Numbered from the stretch's first letter, positions 18,937 through 26,510 are shown. The stretch: 64,000 bases of DNA from Parcubacteria bacterium C7867-001 (GCA_001189095.1 LFCK01000002.1:214320-278319), one strand, 5' to 3'. Program-made: numbers and translations. Notes: a model not told the origin generated them from the sequence alone.

Positions 18937-19617
18937 CTAAATGACTTCAATATCGCGCACGGTTTTTGATGCGAACTTATAGAGTTGTGCAGGACGGAAT
19001 TTGCCGCCAGTGCGCTTCTTCGCAAGCTCCTTCAAGATGCCAATCTTGAGGATTTTCTTGCGGAAATTACGCTTGTCGAGATCTTTTCCAATAATGGATT
19101 CATATGCCTTCTCGAGCTCGGTGAGCGTAAACTCAGCGGGAAGGAGTTTTTGTATGAGTGTAGTGTAGCGAACGCGTGAGCGAAGGCGGGTTAGGGCGGT
19201 TTCAAGCATGTCGGTATGGTCATATGCGAGCGTGCCCGCTTTCTCAACAGTCTTCCACCATGAATCTTCACCGTCTTTGCGCTCCGCATCGCTAAGCGAC
19301 TCCCAAGGCACGAAAGCGATGTGCGCGACAGATACGACGCGCCCGCGCTTGTCGCGATTAAGTGCACTAAAGGTGTAGAGCTGCTCGAGGTGGAGCTTTG
19401 CAGGATCGATACCGGTCTTATCCTTTATATGTCGAGCGGCTGCCTCTTCAGCTGTCTCAAGAGGGGAGAGGAGTCCACCAGGAAGCGCGATGGCGTTCAC
19501 GTAGTGTGGCGGGCGATTTACGCGGATGACGCGCACAAGGAGCTCACCCTCCTTAAGGGTGAAGAGTGCAATATCGGTAGCAACGACGGCGAAATGTAGC
19601 TTCGGGGCATCAGTCAT
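18937..19617 (-). CDS. nrtR: NrtR Nudix-related transcriptional regulator (Nudix plus wHTH)
   Basis: ALPGG, EQLYTF...RDKRGRVVSVA, LAYDH, LLPAEFTLTEL..YE..DKRNFRKK..RPAQLY. Confidence 0.93.
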   Translation of the reverse strand: MTDAPKLHFAVVATDIALFTLKEGELLVRVIRVNRPPHYVNAIALPGGLLSPLETAEEAAARHIKDKTGIDPAKLHLEQLYTFSALNRDKRGRVVSVAHIAFVPWESLSDAERKDGEDSWWKTVEKAGTLAYDHTDMLETALTRLRSRVRYTTLIQKLLPAEFTLTELEKAYESIIGKDLDKRNFRKKILKIGILKELAKKRTGGKFRPAQLYKFASKTVRDIEVI

Positions 19618-19623
19618 ACGGTA

Positions 19624-19662
19624 AGGATACCGCAGGAAGGACATATTGTCAATAGTACACTT
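19624..19662 (-). promoter_or_regulatory. Leaderless nrtR promoter with autoregulatory NrtR-type box over the -35
   Basis: Minus strand TTGACA-17nt-TATCCT-6nt-ATG; AAGTGT-ACTATTG-ACAATA (19662-19644). Confidence 0.75.
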
Positions 19663-19714
19663 TGTAGAAAGGATGATTGAAGATACGGCGCTAAAAGTGT
19701 AGTGTGATGAAATT

Positions 19715-19788
19715 GCTGGTGTAGCTCAGGTAGTTAGAGCATGGGACTCATAAACCCAAGGTCGAAGGTGCAAGTCCTTCCACCAGCA
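19715..19788 (+). tRNA. tRNA with CAT anticodon (elongator Met likely; Ile2 not excluded), CCA not encoded
   Basis: Acceptor GCTGGTG/CACCAGC, anticodon loop CTCATAA, variant T-loop GTGCAAG. Confidence 0.85.
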
Positions 19789-19817
19789 CATGTAGTCGCG
19801 TAAGCGACGTAGTGGCA

Positions 19818-19936
19818 TGGTGGAAGGACTTGCAGGTCGCAGGCGCGTCGGCGCCGAGACGGGGTCGCGGAAATTTTCAGCAGAAAATTATCCGTGACCA
19901 AAGCCTCACCAGCACATGTAGTCGCGTAAGCGACGT
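19818..19936 (+). repeat. tRNA-associated structured element, copy 2
   Basis: 19818-19834 is the reverse complement of 19769-19785; AGCA-loop hairpin 19863-19899; 30-bp direct repeat 19781-19810 = 19907-19936. Confidence 0.8.
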
Positions 19937-19950
19937 GCTAGGCTAGGGAA

Positions 19951-20289
19951 ATGAGTAGCGGCGGCATGCATCACCTTCACGTTCGGAAGCGCGTCTATAA
20001 AAACGTCGACGTATTTCCGAGTCCGGATTCGTTCAAGCGATTTCTCGACAAGGCGATGTATGTCGTCGGTCTTATTTCTCCAATAGCGTTTTTGCCGCAG
20101 GTGCTCGATGTCTATGCTTCGCATAATGTATCGTCTCTTTCACTGATTACGTGGACCGTGCTCGCGCTGGTGAACGTGCTCTGGACGCTCTATGGCTGGG
20201 TACACAAGGAATACGCGATTTTCATCGCAAACGCCTTTATGGCGGTACTTCAGATCTTCCTTATTGGCGCCATTGTTATATATCGGTAG
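19951..20289 (+). CDS. SemiSWEET/PQ-loop family small transporter
   Basis: AFLPQVLDVY...SLSLITW...LWTLYG, three TM helices. Confidence 0.8.
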   Translation: MSSGGMHHLHVRKRVYKNVDVFPSPDSFKRFLDKAMYVVGLISPIAFLPQVLDVYASHNVSSLSLITWTVLALVNVLWTLYGWVHKEYAIFIANAFMAVLQIFLIGAIVIYR

Positions 20290-20365
20290 GTTCTTGCGAG
20301 ACAGCCTAAAAACCGCTACAGTCTCCTCACGGCCTTAGGGCCGTATATGTTTGTGGTCGTTATCT

Positions 20366-20439
20366 GCGGTCGTAGCTCAACTGGTTAGAGCACTCGCCTG
20401 TCACGCGAGAGGTTGCGGGTTCAAGTCCCGTCGACCGCG
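20366..20439 (+). tRNA. tRNA-Asp (GTC), CCA not encoded
   Basis: Acceptor GCGGTCG/CGACCGC, anticodon arm CTCGC-CTGTCAC-GCGAG, GTTCAAGTC, discriminator G. Confidence 0.95.
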
Positions 20440-20444
20440 CAAGA

Positions 20445-20477
20445 CACAAAGTCCCCGAAAGGGGACTTTGTGCTTTT
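20445..20477 (+). terminator. Terminator-like hairpin after tRNA-Asp
   Basis: CACAAAGTCCCC-GAAA-GGGGACTTTGTG-CTTTT. Confidence 0.75.
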
Positions 20478-20614
20478 CGTGGTCGAAGCAGGCGGAGCCT
20501 GCGTCGGGACTTGAACGGCTCGTTGATGTTTTTCTAGCAAGAAAAACCAGCGAGCCAGGCCCGAGCGGAGCGTCGAGCGTCGGCGAGGCGCGAGCGCTTG
20601 GGCAAGCCCGTTGG
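20478..20614 (+). repeat. tRNA-associated structured element, copy 3
   Basis: 20478-20486 plus 20505-20516 complement tRNA 20419-20439 (one G-U); AGCA-loop hairpin 20517-20556. Confidence 0.8.
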
Positions 20615-20677
20615 AACTTGAACTAGACTTCCGCTCACATTTTCCCTAGGATGATTCATAGACAAGGAGAAATAGCG

Positions 20678-20917
20678 ATGATGCGTGCAGATGAACTCAG
20701 GCAGTTCCTCGAAACCCAGAACCTCAAGCCGGAGACGGTTTCCGCGATTGAAGAGCGACTCGCTCGTGTCGTTATCACTGGCGGGCTGCTCGACGGCTGC
20801 TTTTCCGACTGCGACACCGAGCGTGTTCTCGGCGACACGGCACTTTCGGAAGGCTTCACGGAGTTCTACTTCAAGGTAAACGGCATAACCGTACCGAAAG
20901 ACCCTAGCGGCGCATAG
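20678..20917 (+). CDS. Hypothetical protein
   Basis: SD AAGGAG, followed by a hairpin at ~20926-20951. Confidence 0.55.
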   Translation: MMRADELRQFLETQNLKPETVSAIEERLARVVITGGLLDGCFSDCDTERVLGDTALSEGFTEFYFKVNGITVPKDPSGA

Positions 20918-20967
20918 ATCGTTTATGAGACCCCGACACCGTCGGGGTCTCACGCTATACTTTCCCC

Positions 20968-21621
20968 ATGCCTCCCACCAAGGCTAAAAAACCTTCATTC
21001 CTCCTTGTTGCTGGGACGCTTATCTTCGTGCTCGGTATCGCTACCTCCTCCATTGTGTATCAGAGCACGATGAAGCAGAATCGGTCCCATGTTCTTCATG
21101 CGGCGCATGTCGTTGCACTGAATGTCACGCCGTCCGACATTGTTTTGCTCACTGGCTCATCGACTGATGTCACGACATCCGTCTACCAACGAACCAAAAA
21201 GCATCTCATGCAAATGCATGACACTGTTTCGCAAATGCGCTTCGCGTATGTGCTCGGAAAGAATAGTGCAGGAGAGGTATTTTTCTATGCTGATTCCGAA
21301 GATCCTTCATCAGAGGACTATTCACCGCCCGGACAAGTGTACGACGAAGCGTCGCCGCTGCTACATGCAATGTTTACTGATGGAACTGAGCGGATAGAGG
21401 GTCCGATTACAGATCGGTGGGGAACCTGGGTCTCAGCGTACGAACAAATTCACGCCTCAGATGGGACCGTCATCGGCGTGGTTGGTGTTGATCTTCCTGC
21501 AGAAAAGCATCTTACGACACTCATAGCGTATACTGCCGTTCCGCTTCTCGTAGCGATCGTGTTCATCGCGCTGCTCATCTTCGTGCGTCGGGCGCAGAGG
21601 GCTGACGCCGCTTTTCAGTAA
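20968..21621 (+). CDS. Stand-alone extracytoplasmic Cache-like sensor domain protein (two TMs, no output domain)
   Basis: TM...RFAYVL...FFYADSE...YSPPGQVY...EGPITDRWGTWVSAY...VVGVD...TM. Confidence 0.75.
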   Translation: MPPTKAKKPSFLLVAGTLIFVLGIATSSIVYQSTMKQNRSHVLHAAHVVALNVTPSDIVLLTGSSTDVTTSVYQRTKKHLMQMHDTVSQMRFAYVLGKNSAGEVFFYADSEDPSSEDYSPPGQVYDEASPLLHAMFTDGTERIEGPITDRWGTWVSAYEQIHASDGTVIGVVGVDLPAEKHLTTLIAYTAVPLLVAIVFIALLIFVRRAQRADAAFQ

Positions 21622-21666
21622 AATGTAGATGAAAAACCGCCCAGCATATGCTGGGCGGTGTACTCT

Positions 21667-21921
21667 TTAGGACCGAGGAGGCCGAGTACCTCGAGGAGTC
21701 ACGGGAATGTTCCGCACGTCGGTCTCGACGCCACAGTCGGGGCACGAGAATGTGATGTACGTATCGCTTGAACCGTCGTAGTGGTGACTGCGGGTGTAGT
21801 AGAGATCATGCTGGGAGACCAGCAGGACCGCGCCACAGCCCCCGCCACCATTACCTTCGCCGGTGCAGGTGAACTCCTTAGACCAGCCCCGCTGCTTGCG
21901 GCCCTTCTTGATGACTTCCAT
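21667..21921 (-). CDS. Small Zn-ribbon protein
   Basis: FTC..GNGGGGCGA...FSCPDCG; SD GAGGAGG; start lies within the Nudix 3' end. Confidence 0.7.
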   Translation of the reverse strand: MEVIKKGRKQRGWSKEFTCTGEGNGGGGCGAVLLVSQHDLYYTRSHHYDGSSDTYITFSCPDCGVETDVRNIPVTPRGTRPPRS

Positions 21922-22327
21922 GGAAGCCTCCTCGTGCAAGATAATCGGTGAACATTTTGAAGTGGTCGAACACGAATTCGTCTTTGCGAGCAATGATCAG
22001 ATCCTTGCTCAAGATAACCGTGCATGTCTTTCCAGCTTCGTTGCGGATAGTGCCGCTTGCATTCCCGATGAACGTCGTCGAGATGTAGTGGCCGCGCGGG
22101 TCGCGTCCGTCGACGGCATAGGTGCCGAGGACGCCAAGCGGCGCGAACGCGAGCCCCGTTTCTTCGGCGAGTTCGCGGACAGCAGTTGCTGAAAGCAGCT
22201 CGCCGTCTTCTTGCTTGCCGCCGGGGAAGGCGAGGCCTTTCACGGAGCCGAGTCGTTCAACGACAACAAAAGCGTTCGGCAGGCCGTTCCAGTGCGCGAT
22301 GATGTCTGCGCAGTAGATGATTTTCAT
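21878..22327 (-). CDS. Nudix hydrolase (ADP-ribose pyrophosphatase-like)
   Basis: AFPGGKQEDGELLSATAVRELAEETGL, RDPRGH, FVFDH; SD AAGGAG. Confidence 0.9.
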   Translation of the reverse strand: MKIIYCADIIAHWNGLPNAFVVVERLGSVKGLAFPGGKQEDGELLSATAVRELAEETGLAFAPLGVLGTYAVDGRDPRGHYISTTFIGNASGTIRNEAGKTCTVILSKDLIIARKDEFVFDHFKMFTDYLARGGFHGSHQEGPQAAGLV

Positions 22328-22340
22328 AGCAACTCTCCTT

Positions 22341-22853
22341 TTAGTAGGTCATGAGGGAATCGATGCGGTACTCGCCGAGCTTTGCGCGGCCATTGAGCTC
22401 GGTGAGCTCGATGATGAACGCGCATCCGGCAACGGTCGCGCCAACCTTTTTTACGAGCGTGCACGCAGCGGCAGCGGTGCCGCCGGTTGCGAGCAAGTCG
22501 TCGAGCACGAGCACGCGAGCGCCAGCGGCGAACGCTTCCTCTTGCATCTCGACGACGTCCTCGCCGTATTCAAGACCGTAGGCCACTTGAAATGCAGCGC
22601 GCGGCAGTTTGCCTTTCTTGCGGACCATTCCGAGGGGGATCTGCAGTCGAGCGGCGAGTGCGCCGCCGAAGAGAAATCCTCGAGCATCGAGCGCCGCAAT
22701 GGCGTCGACCTTCCCGTCCCAGCGATTTGCGAGCTCCTCGATGACGCCCTGAAAGGCGGTCGGGTTCGCGAGTAGGGGAGCGATGTCTTTGAAGACGATT
22801 CCGCATTTGGGGAAGTCAGGAACATCACGAACATGTGCTTTGAAGTTGGTCAT
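22341..22853 (-). CDS. apt: Adenine phosphoribosyltransferase
   Basis: VPDFPK.GIVFKDI, DARGFLFG, RKKGKLP, YGLEYG, VLVLDDLLATGGT. Confidence 0.95.
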   Translation of the reverse strand: MTNFKAHVRDVPDFPKCGIVFKDIAPLLANPTAFQGVIEELANRWDGKVDAIAALDARGFLFGGALAARLQIPLGMVRKKGKLPRAAFQVAYGLEYGEDVVEMQEEAFAAGARVLVLDDLLATGGTAAAACTLVKKVGATVAGCAFIIELTELNGRAKLGEYRIDSLMTY

Positions 22854-22960
22854 TCGGTTACTCCTTTTCAAAGAACTCACAACCTTGGCGATAGTACCTT
22901 GATTCTCTGATTCGTACACAATGAAGTGGTAATGTGTAACAAAAGTAGTACATTATATGC

Positions 22961-23695
22961 ATGCAGCTCAAAACCGTCTTTAAGCGGCTCGGTCTCGGGA
23001 AGCATTCAGATGAGGTCTATACGGCCCTACTCAAATCAAAGCGTTCGATGCTTGCGGCACATATCGCTAAGGCGGCCGGCGTTGCGCGGCCGCAGGTGTA
23101 CCGAAATCTCGACGAGCTTGTTGCGCAGAAGTTTGTGTCAAAGCGTCACGAAGGGAAGAGGACGTACTATCGTGCCGAAAGTCCTCGCCGCATCGACGAG
23201 GCATTCGAAACCGTTGAAAAGGATGTTGCTGCGCTTACACAGCAGTACGCGAAGTCGAAGGAGAAAGCGGTTCCGGAATACGTCCGGTTTCTCCATGGTT
23301 TCTCGGGAATTCGCGCAGTGTTCGATGACGTTATCGATCACACGCCGCGCGGCGCTACCTTTTATAGGTATACGTCTGAACGGGATCTCTCAGCGGTGAA
23401 CAAATATCTTTCCCCCAGCTATCGTGCACGCCGCGACCAGAAGAAGCTCGAGCGTCTTGTCATAAGTAACCCAGTTTCAGGCAAGCAGAAGCGTCCACGG
23501 CTCGAACGGTTCATAAAATACATTGAACCCAGCACAGATCTCTTCGATCAGAACATCATCCAGCTCGTCTACGGCAATCGCCTTGCGTTCATAAATCTCT
23601 CCGCTGAAGAGGCATTCATCATAGAAGACTCTTCGCTAGCCGCCTTTCAGAAGGTTATTTTCCAGCAACTCTATAAAAAGCTCGGGGCGGGCTAG
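22961..23695 (+). CDS. TrmB-family HTH transcriptional regulator, divergent from apt
   Basis: LGL...VYTALL...IAKAAGVARPQVYRNLDEL; VRFLHGFSGIRAVF. Confidence 0.85.
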   Translation: MQLKTVFKRLGLGKHSDEVYTALLKSKRSMLAAHIAKAAGVARPQVYRNLDELVAQKFVSKRHEGKRTYYRAESPRRIDEAFETVEKDVAALTQQYAKSKEKAVPEYVRFLHGFSGIRAVFDDVIDHTPRGATFYRYTSERDLSAVNKYLSPSYRARRDQKKLERLVISNPVSGKQKRPRLERFIKYIEPSTDLFDQNIIQLVYGNRLAFINLSAEEAFIIEDSSLAAFQKVIFQQLYKKLGAG

Positions 23696-24078
23696 TTTCC
23701 TGGCTTCTGTGAGTTGCGAAGCACTTGCTGCTTCTTGTGTTCGCGGAGTTCCTTGTCGAGGCGGTCGAGTGTAGCGTCATCGTCGTCTTCGATATCGATG
23801 AAGTCGTCGCGAGCCGGTTTTAACGCGCGGATTATCTCATCGAGCTTGAGTTGAATGGCGTGCGAATCGCGGTTCTGGGTGTTCTGAATAAGGAACACCA
23901 TCAGGAAGGTGAGCACGGTTGTTCCTGTATTAATGAAGAGCTGCCATGTATCGGAAAATTCAAAGAAGGGACCTGAAACAGCCCAGAGCACAATGATGCC
24001 AACGGCGAGCACGAATGTCGCTGGAGCACCCATCGCAAAGCTCGTCGAATGCGCGATCTTCCGGAAGAGTTCATTCAT
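23692..24078 (-). CDS. Low-affinity iron permease (Fet4-like) family protein
   Basis: FSDTWQLFINTGTTVLTFLMVFLIQNTQNRDSHAIQLKLDE. Confidence 0.9.
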   Translation of the reverse strand: MNELFRKIAHSTSFAMGAPATFVLAVGIIVLWAVSGPFFEFSDTWQLFINTGTTVLTFLMVFLIQNTQNRDSHAIQLKLDEIIRALKPARDDFIDIEDDDDATLDRLDKELREHKKQQVLRNSQKPGN

Positions 24079-24136
24079 ATCTAAATGATAGCAGAACCCC
24101 GCGACTGGAATCGCGGGGTTCGTGCGTAAGTCTTCT

Positions 24137-24328
24137 CTAGTGATTGCTGCAGCACTTGCAGGTGCCAAGCTTCGGGATCATCGCGATGATGATGAGCACC
24201 GGCCATGCGATGGCTACATACATCGGATTCACGACACCAAGCGTTGAAAGGAGGAACGCAAGGGCGATGAGGATGATAGCAATCGGGAGAATCTTATGAT
24301 GGGGGCATTTGCACGTGTTGGAACTCAT
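24137..24328 (-). CDS. Small two-TM protein with terminal Cys/His clusters
   Basis: CKCPHH-TM-TM-CKCCSNH. Confidence 0.75.
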   Translation of the reverse strand: MSSNTCKCPHHKILPIAIILIALAFLLSTLGVVNPMYVAIAWPVLIIIAMIPKLGTCKCCSNH

Positions 24329-24463
24329 ACGTAGTGAGAAGGGATTACGGATAATCGCACGCTAGTAGCGTAGCACTTCAGGGAGCGCTCATGACGAAGT
24401 CGGGGGATAGCTGGGTCGTTGAAAAAAGCTCCTATATACAGTACGCTCAGGGAGTTCTACTAC

Positions 24464-24539
24464 GCCGTTGTAGCTCAGTTGGTAGAGCACTTCCATGGTA
24501 AGGAAGAGGTCATCGGTTCGATCCCGATCAACGGCTCCA
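24464..24539 (+). tRNA. tRNA-Thr (GGT), CCA encoded
   Basis: Acceptor GCCGTTG/CAACGGC, anticodon arm CTTCC-ATGGTAA-GGAAG. Confidence 0.95.
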
Positions 24540-24591
24540 GTTTTAAACCCAAGAAATTGCGCAGGGCCCGCCCCAGTCGTATAGTTCTTGT

Positions 24592-25050
24592 ATGACTAAG
24601 AAGATACTTTCAATCTTCATCCCTGTTCTCGTTTTACTCGCTGCGGGCGCATACACATATCAGGTACATATTACTGGTCAGTGGGATTTTTGGAACGCGC
24701 CGCCCTCGGAAATAAATATTGCAGATACTGTGCAAGAAGCGTTTCGCGGCACGGACTACTACAAGAATCTCTCAAAAGACGACAAAGAGTACGCCACTCT
24801 TTCTTTAGCGCAGGTATCACGAGCATCGCTCGTGCTCGCAGCTATAAAAGGGCACTATGTAAAAACGGGTATGTACCCAGCCACTCTTGAGGAGATTGAA
24901 TTTATCGAAGATAAATTGACACTCATTGATCCACTTACGGGAGAACGCTTTTACTATCGTCTGCGCGAAGAAGAGGTTGGATATGAATTTTGCTATCGAG
25001 GAAGTGAACGAACTCGTGAGTGCTTTACCAAAAACGGGCCAGTCCAATAG
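24592..25050 (+). CDS. Membrane-anchored protein with pseudopilin/GspG-like C-terminal motif
   Basis: N-terminal TM; HYVKTGMYPATLEEI...DPLTGERFYY...YEFC; visibly AT-richer than flanks. Confidence 0.6.
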   Translation: MTKKILSIFIPVLVLLAAGAYTYQVHITGQWDFWNAPPSEINIADTVQEAFRGTDYYKNLSKDDKEYATLSLAQVSRASLVLAAIKGHYVKTGMYPATLEEIEFIEDKLTLIDPLTGERFYYRLREEEVGYEFCYRGSERTRECFTKNGPVQ

Positions 25051-25559
25051 CTAGTCTCCCTTCCCGGTTTTTGGATCCCATCCGAAAAAGAAAGAAAAGA
25101 ATGGGCGGACAGCGGACAGGGGTCGGGGCGAGCCCCGAGTCCGCGAGGCGCGAGTGGTCAGGATTCTTTTGCGAAATGGGTTCTAACCGAGTACCGTAGG
25201 GTCTCCAAAAGGTGCGTGGATAACGTTTATTCAGCGGACAGAAAGAATGTAATACTTAGGGCATGGGAGCGGGACCTCCCAGATCCGCGTCCGACCGCGA
25301 AAGCGCAAGGATATGTTTCTAACTCCGACCTACAGGCAGGCGGAATGAAAAAGAAAACGCGCGATTCTCCCGAAGAGCTGTACATTTACATGCGTCCTCC
25401 GTAGCGAGGAATGGCAGAAACAAAGAGGTGAGCAGCTCGCCTCAAGTACCCTAGGGCTTCATGCCCGAGCCGCCCGACGTCTTCTCCTTCACTGTGAGAA
25501 CGACTCGGGCGGCTTCTGCCTTTCCGTATATAAGGACAAATGGTATAACCGTTTTATTC

Positions 25560-25635
25560 GCCACCGTAGCTCAGTTGGTAGAGCATCTCACTCGTAACGA
25601 GAAGGTCGCCAGTTCAATCCTGGCCGGTGGCTCCA
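25560..25635 (+). tRNA. tRNA-Thr (CGT), CCA encoded
   Basis: Acceptor GCCACCG/CGGTGGC, anticodon loop CTCGTAA, GTTCAATC. Confidence 0.92.
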
Positions 25636-25640
25636 AATAT

Positions 25641-26021
25641 ATGGCCGAAGGCCCGCCTAAGAAGCCCGATCAAGATCCGATGTTTCTCCCGCAGGAACAT
25701 GTCGAGATCTGGCGAGCGTTCATGGCTATGCGCCAAGACCTTGCCGAAAAAGAAGCGCTCATCAAAGGGCAGGAGGAAACAATCCGCAGTGCTGAAGGAC
25801 GCCTCGCTGAGATGGAGAAGCAGGCAGGAATCTATCTAGTTAGCAATCAGCCCACTCGCGAGCAGCGACTCATCGCACTCCTTCGTCAGTCGCTCGAAGA
25901 CATGCGGACTGCGCATCGAGGAGCGAGAGTCATCGCTGATTCGCTGCGAGAGCAGTACGAAAAGCTTGGACGCGAGTACGATTTCGAGTTGAATCCGCCC
26001 AAACCGGAAGAAAAAGAGTAG
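25641..26021 (+). CDS. Hypothetical coiled-coil protein
   Basis: ATG 5 nt after tRNA CCA; heptad-like E/K/L/Q composition. Confidence 0.65.
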   Translation: MAEGPPKKPDQDPMFLPQEHVEIWRAFMAMRQDLAEKEALIKGQEETIRSAEGRLAEMEKQAGIYLVSNQPTREQRLIALLRQSLEDMRTAHRGARVIADSLREQYEKLGREYDFELNPPKPEEKE

Positions 26022-26051
26022 TTCCAAAAAACTCGCCGGCGTGCTTTACTC

Positions 26052-26465
26052 ATGGCGGACAAACAGCATAAGGGGCGTTCAATGCTCGTTGTATACGTTT
26101 CTCATCCTATTCGCAGCGACCCGCTGGCGAATGAACAGAAAATACACGCAATCTGCTCGATGCTTTACGCGCAGGGTATCGTTCCTGTCGCTCCGTACCT
26201 GCTCGCAATGCGCGCGCTTCCGCACGGAAGTTCGTTCGGCGATCAAAGGAGCATCGTGCGCACCACGTGTGAAGAATATCTCGCGCGCGGTTTCGTCGAT
26301 GAAATGTGGCTTTACGGAAACGAGGAGTCGAAAGGCATGCTCGATGACATCGAGCTCGCCTTCAGATATCGCCTCACGAACGTCGTTCCGCAGACACCGA
26401 CGACGGAGCGAGTGTTGCAGCACTTCGTCAATCGCCAAGCCGCAGGCTTGGCGTCAGTGCGGTAA
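26052..26465 (+). CDS. DUF4406-like (nucleoside deoxyribosyltransferase-related fold) protein
   Basis: VYVSHP...GIVPVAPYL...DEMWLYG..SKGM..DIELA. Confidence 0.7.
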   Translation: MADKQHKGRSMLVVYVSHPIRSDPLANEQKIHAICSMLYAQGIVPVAPYLLAMRALPHGSSFGDQRSIVRTTCEEYLARGFVDEMWLYGNEESKGMLDDIELAFRYRLTNVVPQTPTTERVLQHFVNRQAAGLASVR

Positions 26466-26510
26466 GAAACGCGGCGCCTTTGGCGCCGCGTTTTGCTATA
26501 CTCGACCTCA

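Noticed and set aside
19781-19936. 30-bp direct repeat as a CRISPR array
   Set aside because: Only two copies, the intervening 96 bp is too long for a spacer, the repeat includes the tRNA 3' end, and no cas genes are present.
8013-23695. NAD/TerY-P region as a prophage or integrative element
   Set aside because: No integrase, transposase or virion genes, and no att repeat found bracketing the region.
25461-25640. N-terminal extension of ORF 25461..26021
   Set aside because: Reads through tRNA-Thr(CGT).
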